DNA of 64,000 nt from Salpingoeca rosetta (lineage: Eukaryota; Protista; Choanoflagellata), in contig JAWQFM010000006.1 of NCBI GenBank assembly GCA_033442325.1, forward strand, positions 234,704 through 298,703. The letters run 5' to 3'. The position numbers and the translations under genes are program-made. Shown piece by piece: positions 27,867-43,484 of this stretch (within the stretch, counting starts at the first letter, position 1; the number at the start of each line of letters is the position of its first letter). A model generated the notes under the pieces. That model was given only the letters and a program-made list of their open reading frames with translations, was not told the origin of the DNA and did not search any database.

Positions 27867-28184
27867 GCTCACGCAGCGTAGCTTGTCGAACGAAACTCAC
27901 TAAACGAACTCAAAATCCCCGCTTTCATCACACACACACACACACATTATTCGAGGGGTTTGGTGGATGCGTGTTTATGTGGGGCTTTTGTCAACCAGAT
28001 TTTCGTTTCCCCCCAAGCGTAGGTGGAACCCGAGAAGAAATCAACGAAGAAGAGATAAGAAAAGAAACAAGAAACAAATCATCAGCGCGCAAGAAAGAAA
28101 AGCAACAGTGAGAGCCAAACGTCATCATCATCAACATCGCAAACGCAACACAAGCTGAACGCACGCGCTCAAGACGCCAAGCGG

Positions 28185-30432
28185 TTACTGTGCGGCCTGC
28201 GCGGCCTGCTGGTTGGCCTGCTGTGCGGGCTGCTGCTGCTGCTGGTTGCCCTGCTGCTGCTGGTTGGCGGGCGCCGCGGCGTTGCCGGCGAGGATGTTCT
28301 GGGCAAGCATGACCTGCTCGCGAAGGGCTGCGTCGCTGGCCAGCAGGTTCATCAGGTGGCCGGCGTCGTACGCAAGCAGCATGCCCGTGATCTTGGGGGC
28401 GCGCTCCTTGTCAATGTTTGCGACGCGGTGGTACAGCATATCGCCGAGGTACCGGCGGCGCTGCTCCTCATCCATGTGCGCAAGCTGCGACGTCACATCC
28501 TGTGGCAGCTGCATCTGCTGCTGCTGGCCCTGGGGCGCCTCTTGTTGCATCTGCTGCATCTGCTGCTGTGGCGGCATCTGCTGCTGCCCGGCAAACTGCT
28601 GGCGGAACTGCTGTGGGTTGCGCGCCATCTGCTGCTGCGCCTGGGGCGGCATGGGCCTGTTCTGCTGCTGCATGTAGCGGTTTGGCCCGCCGACAGGGCC
28701 GCCGCGGTTGCCGGCCTGTGCGGGGAAGTTCATGGCGCGCGGCATCTGCGGGTTGACCATCATCATCTGCGGGTTGTAGTAGCCGGGGCCAAACGCGCCC
28801 ATGGGCATGCCGGGGTACTGCGGGTACATGTACATGCCCTGCTGTGGGTGCTGTGGGTGCTGCTGCTGCTTCCTGGCGCGTGAGGTGGAATGCAACGTAG
28901 ATGGGGCGGTCCTGCAGTGGCTGGCGGTTCTTCTTGGCAATGGCAGACTCGGCCTCCTCGCGCGTGGCAAAGGTGACAAAGCCAAAGCAGCGCGAGACAC
29001 CCTCCTTGTCGCGCATCACCTTGACGCTCATGACGTGGCCGCACTCCTCAAAGAACTTGCGCAGGTCCTCCTCCGTCACGTTCTCGTTGAAGTTCTTGAC
29101 GTAGAGGTTGCCACCGCGCTGGCGGAGCTCGCGACGGCGCTCCTGCAGCCTGCGGCGAAGGCGGCGGATGCGCTCCTGTTTCTTCTGGGCGCGCTGCACG
29201 TACAGCTTGGCCTTGGAGATGTGGTCGGTTGCAGCCTCCATCTTCTCAGGAAGGCCCGTCATGGCCTTGTCGACCGTCTCCTCGCCGTGCTCCTTGAAGA
29301 GGATAAAGCCAGAGAGCTTGCCGTCGGCGACCTGCAGGTGGTGGCGCTCGACCTCGCTGCCGGCGCACTCCTCAACCGTCTTGACAAAGTCCTCGACCTT
29401 CTTGCCCTCCTCAAAGGCCATGCCGTCGACGTAGAAGATGTCGCGCTGGTGCATCTCGCCCTCCTCGACGCACTTCTGGGCGGCCTCGGTGTCGGCAAAG
29501 TTGACAAAGCCGTAGGGGCGCTCCGTGTCCTTGAGCTTGTAGGTGCGCAGGGCCTTGGAGGTGATGTCGCCGTAGGGCTCAAAGAGCTTGCCCAGCTCCT
29601 CCTCGTCGGCGCCGCGGCGCAGGGACTTGACGTAGACGTTGGTGAAGTTCTTGGTGCGCTCCTCCTGCTCCTGCTCGCGCTGCTTGCGGGGCTTGAAGGG
29701 GGCGACGCGCAGCTTGCGGTCGCCGCCGGCGTCCTTGCCGTTGGCCTCGGCAATGGCGCGCTCGGCGACCTTGGGGTCCTCAAAGTGCACAAAGCCAAAG
29801 CCGCGGCAGCGGCCGCTGTGGTCCAGGACGGCCTTGCAGGAGAGGATCTTGCCAAACTGCTCAAAGGTGTCGCGCAGGTGGACGCTGGTGGTGTCCGCGG
29901 GCAGGCCGCTGATGAAGATGTTGCCGACGCCGGAGCGGCGCTTCTTGGGGTCGCGCTCGACCTTCATGATGCGGATGTGGCGGCCGTGCAGGTCGTGGAA
30001 GTTGAGCTGGCCCATGGCGGCCTCGGCGTCCTCGGCCTTGTTGAAGTTGACGTAGCCGTAGCCGAGGGAGCTGCGGGTGATCTGGTCGCGGCACACGCGC
30101 ACGGACATGACGCTGCCAATGGAGGAGAAGAGGTTGAACAGCTCCGTCTCGTTCACCTGGGGCGAGAGGTCGCCGACGTACAGGGACGCGGCTGCGCCCT
30201 GCGGGTTGGCGGGGACGGGGCCGGCGACGCCAGGGGCGCCAGGGAACGCCTGCTGAGGCTGCTGCTGCATGGGCGCGGGACCGGTCGTGGCGCCAACGGC
30301 ACCCTCGCCCTGCTGCTGAGCTGCGACAAACTGCGGCTGGGCTTGAGCCTGGGCGGGTTGCTGCTGGGTTGCCTGGGCTTGAGCCTGGGCGGGCTGCTGC
30401 TGAGCAGCGGCGGCTTCGGTCTGGCTGGCCAT
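28185..30432 (-). CDS. PABPC1: Cytoplasmic polyadenylate-binding protein (4 RRMs, Q/M/P-rich linker, MLLE/PABC), apparently intronless, with a frame break near 28870
   Basis: ASLYVGDL...SVRVCRDQITRSSLGYGYVNF, RRSGVGNIFI, NFTNVYVK, LYVQRAQKKQER, GGNLYVKN. The MLLE domain LGDMLYHRV...RAPKITGMLL is in a different frame (ORF 28185..29000). Confidence 0.93.
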
Positions 30433-31109
30433 GATGCTTGGTGTTTCTTGCTGGTGATATGAAACGGACAACGTGTGTTTGTTCCTTTGGGTTCCTTGCT
30501 TGTTTTTTTGTTTTTATGGTCCCTCCGCGAAGAAGATGGGATGAGCTAGCAGAAGAGCACAATGGTGCTGAAGTGGGGTTTTGGTGCGGAGGAGTTGAGG
30601 GTTATATTGGGGGGTAAGCTAACGAACGAACGAGCAGACACGCGTGGGCGCGACGCTTGACTGTGTGGTTGTGAGTTCTGTCGACAAAAGAAATGGCAGC
30701 ACGCGTGCGCGCGCGAGAGAGAGAACAGAAACGAAGGAAAGAAGGCGGCAGCGCCACACGCGCCCAAAACGTTGACGTTGCCGCAAGAAACAAGCGAAAT
30801 GTACAATCACGTGGCTGACGAATTTTTTTAATTGTTGGTGGGAGTGCTTGGGCCCGTCCCATACGGTGCGCGAACACTTGTGCTTCTGACTTGTGCTTGG
30901 TGCTGTGGCTTGTGCTTGTGCTATGGCTTGTGCTTGTGCTGTGGCTTGTGCTTGTGCTTCTTCCTCTCCTCCCTCCCTCATGCAAACCAGCCTCGCCTCC
31001 CGTATCCACTTGATGCCCCTCATTCCATGTGAAAACAACAACGCAACAAAGCTAGTCCTGTGCCTGCCTGCCTGCGTGTGGCGAGCGTCAGGCAGGCTGG
31101 CCGTGATGT

Positions 31110-32047
31110 TTAGCAGCCGGCCTCGAGGTCAATAAGGGCTTCCACGGGTGCGCCAGCCTTTGCGATGCCGCCAAGGGAGGGCAGGCCAACAAGGCACACA
31201 CACACCACAACCTCGGCACCAGCCTACGCAACAGCAGCAAAGATTTCGGTGGGGGGGGGAGTTACAATGAGGTCAACAGAATAAAGTTGAAGTGGGAGAG
31301 CGCAGACACAAACAGCAAGATATGTGTAAGAAAAGGAGCACAGACACAGAGACACACAGGCACAGGCACATGTTCATTCACACAGACACAGACACACAGA
31401 CACACACAGACAGACACAGACAGACACAGACACACACAGACACACACACACACACACAAAGGATCATACCGCCTTGAGCAGGGAGACGGATGTCTGAAGG
31501 GTGCCGCCCGTGGCAATGAGATCATCGACAACGACAACACGCGCGCCAGGCTCGAGGCCAGCCTTCTGCAAACGGCGTGTGGAGCGGGCCACAGCAAGAC
31601 ATTCAAGAGAACGTGCGTGAGGTTAAGAGGGGAGGGGTGGGGAAACGAGAGATTGGGGCAGGGGGAATGACGTGGCAGGAAGCGTGCACACCACACCATG
31701 CGGGGTGCAATTGACGCAAGCTTCCACTGCGAGTACGAGACGGAGGTGCACACCTGGACTTCGAGGATGTCAGCACCGTACTCCTTGGTGGATTCGAGGG
31801 TGTGACACTTGCCAGGCAGCTGCGTTGGTGGATTGGCGAGAAAACAAAACAAAAGGTAGAAGGGAGGAGTGTTAATGAGAGCGGGTGCAACCCACAAACG
31901 CACATAGGCACTGATCGGTGCATCCAAGCACGCCAAAGACACGGCGACACACGCACGCAGCCAGGTAGGCAGGCACACAGACACACGTGCGCACACACAG
32001 ACACACGTGCGTACACACACGTACACAGACGTACACAGACGTACACA

Positions 32048-32108
<61 letters not shown>

Positions 32109-32743
32109 GAACACACCTTGCCCTTCTTGCGGATGGGGATGAAGCCGCAGTGGAGGCGGGAAGCGATGCTTGGGGCAAATAGAAAGCCGCGCGCATCCAA
32201 GCCAACAACATAGTCGATCACCGCAGATCGCTTCGTGACGACAGCGGCCATACGGTTCAAGATGATCTCCAACGCCACAGGATCGCGCAGCGCAGGGAAG
32301 ACTTGACCACGATACAACCACGTGCACACAACCAGTGAGTGCAGGGCAGAGCCACACGAGGGCGCAAGGACACAAGGACACAGATGTACGGGTGCACAGG
32401 TGCAGGATGCAGATGTACACACAAATGCGTACACAGGTGCAGGATGTACACTTACACGCACGCACGCGCATATCACACGTACACACACACACACATACAC
32501 ACATACACACGCACGCGCATATCACACGCACACACACACACACATACACACATACACACGCACACACATACACACGCAGGCAGACAATCACCACTCACTG
32601 TCATGGAAAAGGATGCCTTCCGAGGGAAAGTTGGCGTGAGGCTGGATCAGGTTGCGCACATACTTGATGCCCTCATCGTCCTGGTATGGGTCGTGCTGGG
32701 CCTTGTCCTGCCCCTTTTGCTGCTGCTTCTGCTCGTCAGACAT
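31110..32743 (-). CDS. APRT: Adenine phosphoribosyltransferase
   Basis: [52 protein letters not shown], and the PRPP-binding motif [14 protein letters not shown]. Last exon [19 protein letters not shown]...IDLEAGC*. Confidence 0.95.
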
Positions 32744-32935
32744 GGCGGTGGTGGCTCGTGATGTCGTGCGTCTCTGCGATCAGGACAGGGGTGTGGTGGA
32801 GGGGAAAACACAGCGAGCGAGCTTGCCGAGAAAAAGGATGTTGCGAAAGGCAGAAAGGGAAGAAGAAGCAGCAGAGAAGGACAGCAGTCGTTGACAAAAG
32901 AAACACAAATACGCACAGTCAGCGAACGAGCAAGG
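32744..32935. promoter_or_regulatory. Very short bidirectional promoter region between APRT and L2HGDH
   Basis: The divergent ATGs at 32743 (-) and 32936 (+) are only 192 bp apart. Confidence 0.6.
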
Positions 32936-35089
<2,154 letters not shown>

Positions 35090-35926
35090 CGACACCACAC
35101 TTCGCACCTCGCACCACCATCTCCGCCACCACAACCAACAGGAGCTGTGGAGGGCTAACAGCGTCTTACTTGCTTTGTCTTGGAATTGAGTGTTGTCTTC
35201 ACACAAGAGGTTACTCCTGTGAGGGGTGCTGTTACCGCCCGCGCTCGTTCAATTGACTTGTGCGCGCCAGTTGAATGGCATTGCTTTTCTGTCATGTTAT
35301 TCCCTTCGTCTCTTGCGAGAGACTTGATGTTTTCTCAAGCCCTTGTTGCTCCGGTATTGTTGTTTTCGTGTCACTTTCACGACGCAACACCAAACCACCA
35401 GCAAAACCAGCACAACCGCAACCACAACCACCAGCACAACCACAGCCACAACACCCACAACCTTAAAGCCCACGCTCAATGCTGCACACGTTGGGCGTGC
35501 AGACCCGCCATTCTCTTCACCAATAAGCGATGAACGGCATCTTCACACGTGAATGGATTTACTACAGTAGTCATGGCACGCACGGGCAGAGGAAGAGAGA
35601 CAACGACACAGCGAAGGGGCGAGAGAGTGTGTGTGTGAGTGAGTGTGTAAGCAAGCAAGTGAGCGAGTGAGTGAGTAAGATGCGCAAAGTCAGCGAGCGA
35701 GCAAGCAAGCAAGCAGGGCAAGCGGCACACAGCGTGAGAGGAAACGCATGCATGCGCAAGTGGGTTGTGATACCAGTGCAGAGCACGACAATCAGTCACG
35801 CATGCATCCGTGGAGTCAAAACGAGAGAAGAGAGAGAGAGGGAGGAAGAGGGAAAATACACATCGTGCAAGTGGTGATTGCGGTGACAGTGAGGCGTGGC
35901 CGGGGCGCGGTTGGTGCTGGCGCGGC

Positions 35927-36869
35927 TTAGAATGTTGCAATCTGGTCTGGGGTGAAGCCAATCTGTTTGAGCAAGTCGTCAGTGTACGAGGTGTGAGTGA
36001 GTGAGTGAGTGAGTGAGTGAGTGAGTGAGTGAGTGAGTGAGTGAGTGAGTGAGTGAGTGAGTGGGTGAGTGGCTGGGTGTAGCTCTCTGTCTTTGTCTCT
36101 GTCTCTGTCTCTGCCTGTCTGTCCATCTGTCTGTCTGTCTCGCCCGCCCCCCTCCTTCTGTCTGTGCACATACTAGCGCACACGTGTCTGTGGGCAAGTG
36201 AAAGGGCACACCTTCTCGAGGTTTGGCATGCAGGCGAACTTGATCATGGGCGGGGGTCCACACATGAGAATCTGGCGTGGACAGCAGGTGATCGTGATTG
36301 GGAGACGGGAGGATGGGGGATGGGGGACAAGGGAGGAGTGAGATGAATGCAACGGCGGTAAATTGATGCTGTTGACAGGCTCATACACCACAGAATTGCG
36401 GAGAAACAGGCGCACACAAACAGACATACACATACACACACTCACATACACACACATACATACATACACACACTCACATACACACACACATACATACATG
36501 CATACACACACTCACATACATACATACATACATACATACATACATACATACATACATACATACATACATACATACATACATACATACATACATACATACA
36601 TACATACAACAGACCTGCGTGTCGTTTGCGGGGCCGGGGAGGTGCTTACGGATCATCTCCTCGTCGATGAATCCCTCACTGTACTTCCACCCCTGTGGCG
36701 GGCGATCGAGTGTGTACCAGATGTGCACACGTGGGTCCTTGGCGCACTTCTCGAGCTGGTCGTGCACGAGAATGTCCTGCTCCGTCTGGTTGGCGAAGAT
36801 GAGGTGGATCTCCGTCTTGTCGTTCGGGTGCTTCAGCACATCTTGGATAATCTGTGGGCGCGGGAGTGT

Positions 36870-36960
<91 letters not shown>

Positions 36961-37135
36961 GTGTGTGTGTGTGTAGTTATGCGGAGTTGTGCGTGATTGG
37001 TGGTGATAGTGTGGTAGTTGGGGATGTGAGGGACGGGGTGAAGGGGCCATTGGATGCAAGGGGGAAGCGGTAAGGAACTAACACCAGACAGAGCAACAGC
37101 AACAACAAAGAACCAACGCAGATACAACAGAGCGC

Positions 37136-37170
<35 letters not shown>

Positions 37171-38693
37171 ACACCACACCACACCACACCACATACCTGG
37201 AGCATGGGGGTGATGCCTGTGCCGCCGGCCATCATGCCAATCTTCTTCACGTGGCGGCGGCGGGGCGGAAGCTTCTTCGACTTGTCGGCAAACTCAAAGT
37301 GGCCGTTGCCGAGGTAGGTGATGTGGCCAGCAGGGCCGCGCACGTCAATGGTGTCGCCAATCTTCAACGTCTCCAGGTACTGCGACATCTTGCCGCCCTC
37401 TGGGAACTTGGGGTGCACGTTCTTGCGGTACACCTTCACCACGAGGTCAAAGTAGCCCAGGTCGTCGTCAGAGGACACGGGCGTGTACGCGCGGATCACC
37501 GTCCGCCCGTCAACCTGGCGCCAGCGAGCAGAGAGGTGGAGAGAGGGGGAAGATTTGGGGGGGGGGGGTGTGAATGGAGGGCGAACGGCGTTGCGTCGTG
37601 TTGTGTTGTGGTGTGGTGTGGTGTGGTGTGGTGTGGTGTGGTGTGGTGTGGTGTGGTGTGGTGTGGTGTGGTGTGTTGTGTTGTTGTGTGCTGTGTTGTG
37701 TTGTGTGTGTGTTTGCGCATGTGCGTGCATGTGTGTATGTGTGTGGTGTGGTGTGTGAATGACATCATGTGTGCATGGCGACGACGTCCCATGTGTGGTG
37801 GGTTGCAGGTCAAAGGTTGTGTTGCTGTCGATGGTGCATGCTGCGTATATGCCTGCGACTGTAGCTGGCATCATGTATGTGATCGGACTACGCCATACCT
37901 TGGCAACAAGGTTCATGTGTTGGCCGACGGGGAGGCCGAGCTTGTGGTCCTTGGATTGCAGCGAGAAGCGGAAGAGCTTTGTGTCGTGTGTCAGCTCCTG
38001 TCAAAGAAACGGGGGAGAGAAGGGGAGGGAAGTTCGCGTGCGAAGTGAATCCAACGACACAAAGGCAATGAGGGGGCATGGCGGGGTTGTTATACGCGTT
38101 CAGATGACCAGAAGAAGCACGCCGGCACATCAGGGTTGTATACGTGCGTCTCACATTCACACACTGAGACGTACACACACACACACACACACACACAGAC
38201 ACACACACAGGTACAGACACAGACACACACACGGACACACGGACACACAGACACACGCACCGTGACGCTCTCGAGGGGGAAGGGGATCTTCTTGGAAGGA
38301 TCCAAGGCCACTGGCTGGTTGAAGAGGACCTTCATGAAGAAAGCGCCGCCAAGGCCAGCAATCAGCGCACCAATTGCAGCAGGAATGCTGATTGCCCACC
38401 CAGCGCCGGCAGCAAGCGTGCCAACAAAGCCAACCGTCCTGCGTGTGTATGTGCGCATGAGTGTGTGTGTGTGCATAAGTGTGTGAGGGAGAGTGTGTGT
38501 GTGCATGGGTGCATGGGTGTGTGTGCATAAGTGTGTGCGTGAGTGTGTGTGTGTGTTGAGTGATGGTCAGTGATCGCGCAAGAGGCTGATTTGGGAAACA
38601 ACGGCCTGTGTTGTGGAGTGCGTCTAAACATGCAGATAGGTGCACTGAACACAAAACCACCCAATGCGCTCACCTCCAGTTGATGCTTGGCAT
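35927..38693 (-). CDS. CYB5R: NADH-cytochrome b5 reductase with N-terminal membrane anchor
   Basis: ELTHDTKLFRF, LGLPVGQH, RAYTPVSSDDDLGYFDLVVKVY...HPKFPEGGKMSQYL, GMMAGGTGITPMLQ, LIFANQTEQDIL, MCGPPPMIKFAC. Confidence 0.95.
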
Positions 38694-39219
38694 GGTTGTT
38701 TGCTCTCTGTGTGTGTTGTGGAGGAGAAATAGAGTGCCTGGTGGTGGTGGCAGCGACAAGATTAGTGCGTGATGTGAGTGATCGAGTGCGTGTGCGTGAG
38801 CGTGAGCGGTAGACGGATGGATGGGGTTGGTTGGAGGACACAAGCATCAAACACAACACCAAACACAACACCACGAGGCCACCACACCTTCTGCTGCTGC
38901 TGCTGCTGTTGTGCTTCGAAAAAAAAAATTGCGTATGTTGAAATTCGTGTCTGACACGATATTTTACTCCAGAATTGATTTTTTTTTTATTCTTCAACAC
39001 ACACACAGCACAAGAAGACAACACGGTCTGTGATGATGGAGGGAACAGCGTGTGGAGATGCGGAGATGTATGCGTGGATGTGAGCGTGAATGTGAGTGTG
39101 TGTTGCAGATACGAGCGATGCAAACACCCATGTAACCACAGTTAGCCTGTGAACTCACTCCCACACCTACGCGCACGCGCAGACACAAACAGCACACAGC
39201 AGAGGAACAACCAGCAATC

Positions 39220-39625
39220 ATGGCGGAAATGACCTTCAACATGGACGATGGCTACTTTGAGGGCCTCGTGCGTGGCTTCAAGGGTGGCCTTCTCACCCGT
39301 GGCGACTACGCCAACCTCAGCCAATGTGAAACCCTCGAAGGTACGCGTGCGTGTGTGTGTGTGTGTGTGTGCGTGTGTGAATGTGTGAGTGAATGTGCGT
39401 GTATGTGTGAGTGTGTGTGTGTGCGAATGTGCGAGTATGTGTGTCCGTACACATACGTGCGTGTTTGATCACACACACACACGCGAAGAGCTTTCACCAA
39501 GGCCTAATACCCCGTTATTCTTACACTCCCTATACTCGTGTTTGTTCGGACTTCGTTCCGTTTTATTGCTTCTCCTCCCTGCACCGTCTGTTCACCCCGT
39601 TCCCAACCCACACAAACACACACAA

Positions 39626-39657
<32 letters not shown>

Positions 39658-40366
39658 ACACACTCGCGCACGCGCGACTGGACCCAATAGATTTGAAGCT
39701 GCATCTTGCAACGACACAGTATGGCAACTTCCTGTCCAACGAGCCGAGCCCGCTTGCCGTGTCCACCATTGACGCCAAGCTGAAGGAGCGCATGGTGAGC
39801 GAGTTCCAGCACCTGCGCAAGCAAGCCGTGCAGCCGCTTGCAAAGTTCCTCGACTACATCTCCTACGGTTACATGATCGACAACATCATCCTCCTCATCA
39901 CCGGCATCCTCCACGAGCGCGACGTCGCGGAGGTGTGTGTGTTTGTGCATGTGTCCGTGCATGTGCGTGTGTGTCTGTGTGTGTGTCTGTGTCTGTGTGT
40001 CGGTGCATGTCTGTGTGTGTCTGTGTGTCTGTGTGTGAAGCCGTGGATGGAAACATGCGCGCACGAGTGTTTCACCTTTTGCACACCTTTTGCACACCTG
40101 TGCACACTTTTCCCACACCGCCCATCTTTGTTATGCTCACGCTGCACCCTTGTCACGTGATTTGGCGGGTACAGTTGATTCCCAAGTGCCACCCGCTCGG
40201 CGTGTTCCCGGAGCTGAAGACGCTCTCCATCGCCAACACAACCGAGGAGCTCTACAACTCCGTCCTCGTCGACACCCCGCTTGGTCCGCCCACCTGTCTC
40301 CTTTGCTTTGTTCTCTGGCGGCTGCGATTTTCGTGTGATTGTGCGCGCGCGCGCGCGTGTGTGTGC

Positions 40367-40435
<69 letters not shown>

Positions 40436-40859
40436 TGGGTGTGTGTGTGTGTGTGTGTGTGCGGGTGTGTGTGTGTGTAAATGTCCCGCATGAAGTCACC
40501 TAACATTTCCTCCACCCCAATCACCAAAACCACCACCACCACCGCTGCTATGCAAACAGCGCCGTACTTCCTCGAGTGCGTGACGCGCCAGGATCTGGAC
40601 GAACTGAACATTGAGATTATCCGCAACACGCTCTACCGCGCGTACATTGAGGACTTTTACAAATTCTGCAAGTCCATTGGCGGCGCTACGGAGGACGTCA
40701 TGTGCGAGATCCTCGCCGTGAGTTTATATCATCCCTTGCTAATGCATTCCTGTCGCTCGCTTGGTGGCACTCGTGGCGGTTGTTGTTGTGGTGTGGTGCT
40801 TGTTGTTGTTGTTGTTTAAGTTGTTGTTTAAGTTGTTGTTTAAGCTGTTGTTGTTTCAG

Positions 40860-40942
<83 letters not shown>

Positions 40943-42023
40943 GCAGCCTTTGTTGCAGCCTTTGTTGTTGTTGTTGTTGTTGCAGCCTTTGTTGCAGCCT
41001 TTGTTGTTGTTGCTGGTACGCATCGTTTTGGGGGTCCCCGCTCATGCTTGCTCCTCCTCACTGTGCGTGTGTGCAGTTTGAGGCTGACCGCCGCGCCTTC
41101 AACATCACGATCAACTCCTTTGGCACCGAGCTCACAAAGGAGGACCGCATGAAGGTGTGTGTGGTGGTGAAGGTGTGTGTGGTGGCGGCAGCGACTCGCA
41201 TGCTGTGCAGGGTCGCCCTTCTTGTGGTGGTGGCGTCGTGCGCGTTCGTGTTGTGTTTTGATCGCATCCGTTTGTTTGAGCGCTCTACCCCGTGCATGTT
41301 TTGGGCTCCGTTGCCGCTTGTCGCCATCCCTCACCACTGCCACATTCACTATCACCACCACCATCACCGTCACCACCACCACCACCGCTAACCACACACC
41401 TCCCCCCCCCCTTTACTCTTTCTCCGCGTGATCAGCTGTACCCGCGCGTTGGCCGGCTGTACCCTGCTGGCCTGAAGATGCTTGCGGACTGCAGCGACTA
41501 CGAGGAGGTGGTGCGCGTTGCCGAATATTATGCGGAATACCGGCCAATGTTCGACACGGGCGCCGCCACGCCGGGCGAGAAGACCTTGGAGGACAAGTTC
41601 TTCGAGTACGAGGTGCGATTTTGTGTGTGTGTGTGTGTGTGTGTAACTGTGTGTGTTTGTGTGTGTCTGTGTGTGTAACTGTGTCTGTGTGTGTGTGTGT
41701 GTCTGTGTGCCTGTGTGTCTGTCTGTGTGTCTGTGTGTGCAGTTAGGTTATTGCGTGGTGAGCTGCTTGCTTTCTTGTGCGCGTGTGTGGGCCTTGTTCC
41801 TATTCTCACAACCACCATGGTCATACCACCATCACCACCACACCACCATCGTCCTCAGGCGAAGCTGAACATCAAGGCGTTTATGCAGCAGTTCCAGTAC
41901 GGCGTGTTCTATGCGTTTGTGAAGCTCAAGGAGCAGGAGGGCCGCAACATTGTCTGGATCTCAGAGTGCATTGCGCAGAAGAACAAGTCCAAGATTGACA
42001 ACTACGTCAACCTCATCGACTAA
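39220..42023 (+). CDS. ATP6V0D1: V-type proton ATPase V0 subunit d
   Basis: [20 protein letters not shown]...[90 protein letters not shown]. Confidence 0.97.
40800..41010. repeat. Intronic (GTT)n tract with TTTAA and GCAGCCTTT interruptions
   Basis: Seen directly in an ATP6V0D intron. Confidence 0.85.
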
Positions 42024-42744
42024 GCAGCACAACCAGCACAAACCACAGCCACTGCCAGCAACTGCAGCAGAAGCAAGCACAATTTCTTCAACAGTAGCCC
42101 CAAACGACAGGCACAGCCAACGGAAACAGCACTCCACACAACAGCTTCAACCCCGTTGCTGTTGTGCTGCTTTGCTGCTGTTGGTTGCCGTGTCAAATCC
42201 GTGTTCGCTTCTCGCACGCTTACTTTCTTCGCCATCATAGCCCACTACTACCTCTACCCGTTCCGTATGTCTGTCAGTGTGTATGTGTGTGTGTGTGTGT
42301 ATGTGTGTGTGTGTGTGGATGTTCTTTTTTCCTTCCGCCTGCCATTGTGTTGAGCCTTGACGTCTGTTGTTGTCCCCTGTGTGTGGTTTTGTGTATGATT
42401 GCGTGCTGCACGTTTGCATGCGTGTGTTTGCACTTTGTGTGTTGCGTGTTGTGCGTGTGTGTTCTGTATCCGTGTGTGTCTTGTGTCGAGGCTTTAATAC
42501 AACCACAACAAAAGCAAGCAAGATGGACGTAATGCTGTCAACATCATCAGTCGGTTATTTCTTCCTCATCTATCACATGTCCACCGAGTCGTTGTCGTCA
42601 TCAGCACCGCGATCCAGCAACAATGCACCATGGCGATAATCATATTCACGTCTTCAAAACACACCAACATCCTCCTCTATGATCCCCTCCTTCCATATCC
42701 GCCCTCTCATATCCTTCGCCTCCTCCCGCCTGTCGGCATCATCT

Positions 42745-43413
42745 TCAAGACGCGCGGCCAAAACCTGCAAAGCGCGCCAGCCAGCTCTCGCGGACGCGGG
42801 ACGCCGCCGCAGTTCCGCACGCTGTTGGGTGGCGTGGCTGTGGTCGTTGGCGCTGCTGCTGGCGTTGCTGCTGCTGGACGGTGCTGCAGCTGTGGTCCTC
42901 GGGGAAGCGATGCTTGGCGCAGTAGTGCTGGTGGCACGTGCGGCAGGCAATGGGGAACTGCAGGGCCTGCTTGCAGCCCTTGGCACGGCACCTGGGTGTC
43001 CTCTGCGCCTTTTTCTTCTCTGCCGCCTCCAGCAAATGGCTCTTGCATCCGGAAGCAATGTGCTTGTCAACAATGGCGTCCACGCTCATCGGCTTTCCGG
43101 TTTGCTTGTCCTTTACAGCATTCACCAAATACTGACTGCACACGGGGCAGCGCGGTACTTGTTTCTGTTTGCAAGTGCGAGTTGAGCATTGGGTGAGAAC
43201 GAGCATTGGGGTGAGCTGGGTGGGGAAGGGATATCAAGAACAGCCAATGGAGAGAAGAGAGAGAGTGCACATATACAGAGGAGGATAGCGTGTGGAGAGG
43301 CAGACAAGCAAAGACAGACAGACGCAGACACACACATACACACAGACACACAAACAAACACGCACACAAACAATCAAACAGACACACAAACAAACACGCA
43401 CACAAACAATCAA

Positions 43414-43484
<71 letters not shown>

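Noticed and set aside
28801-30462. 553-aa plus-strand ORF opposite PABP
   Set aside because: Antisense frame kept open by the strong codon bias of PABP.
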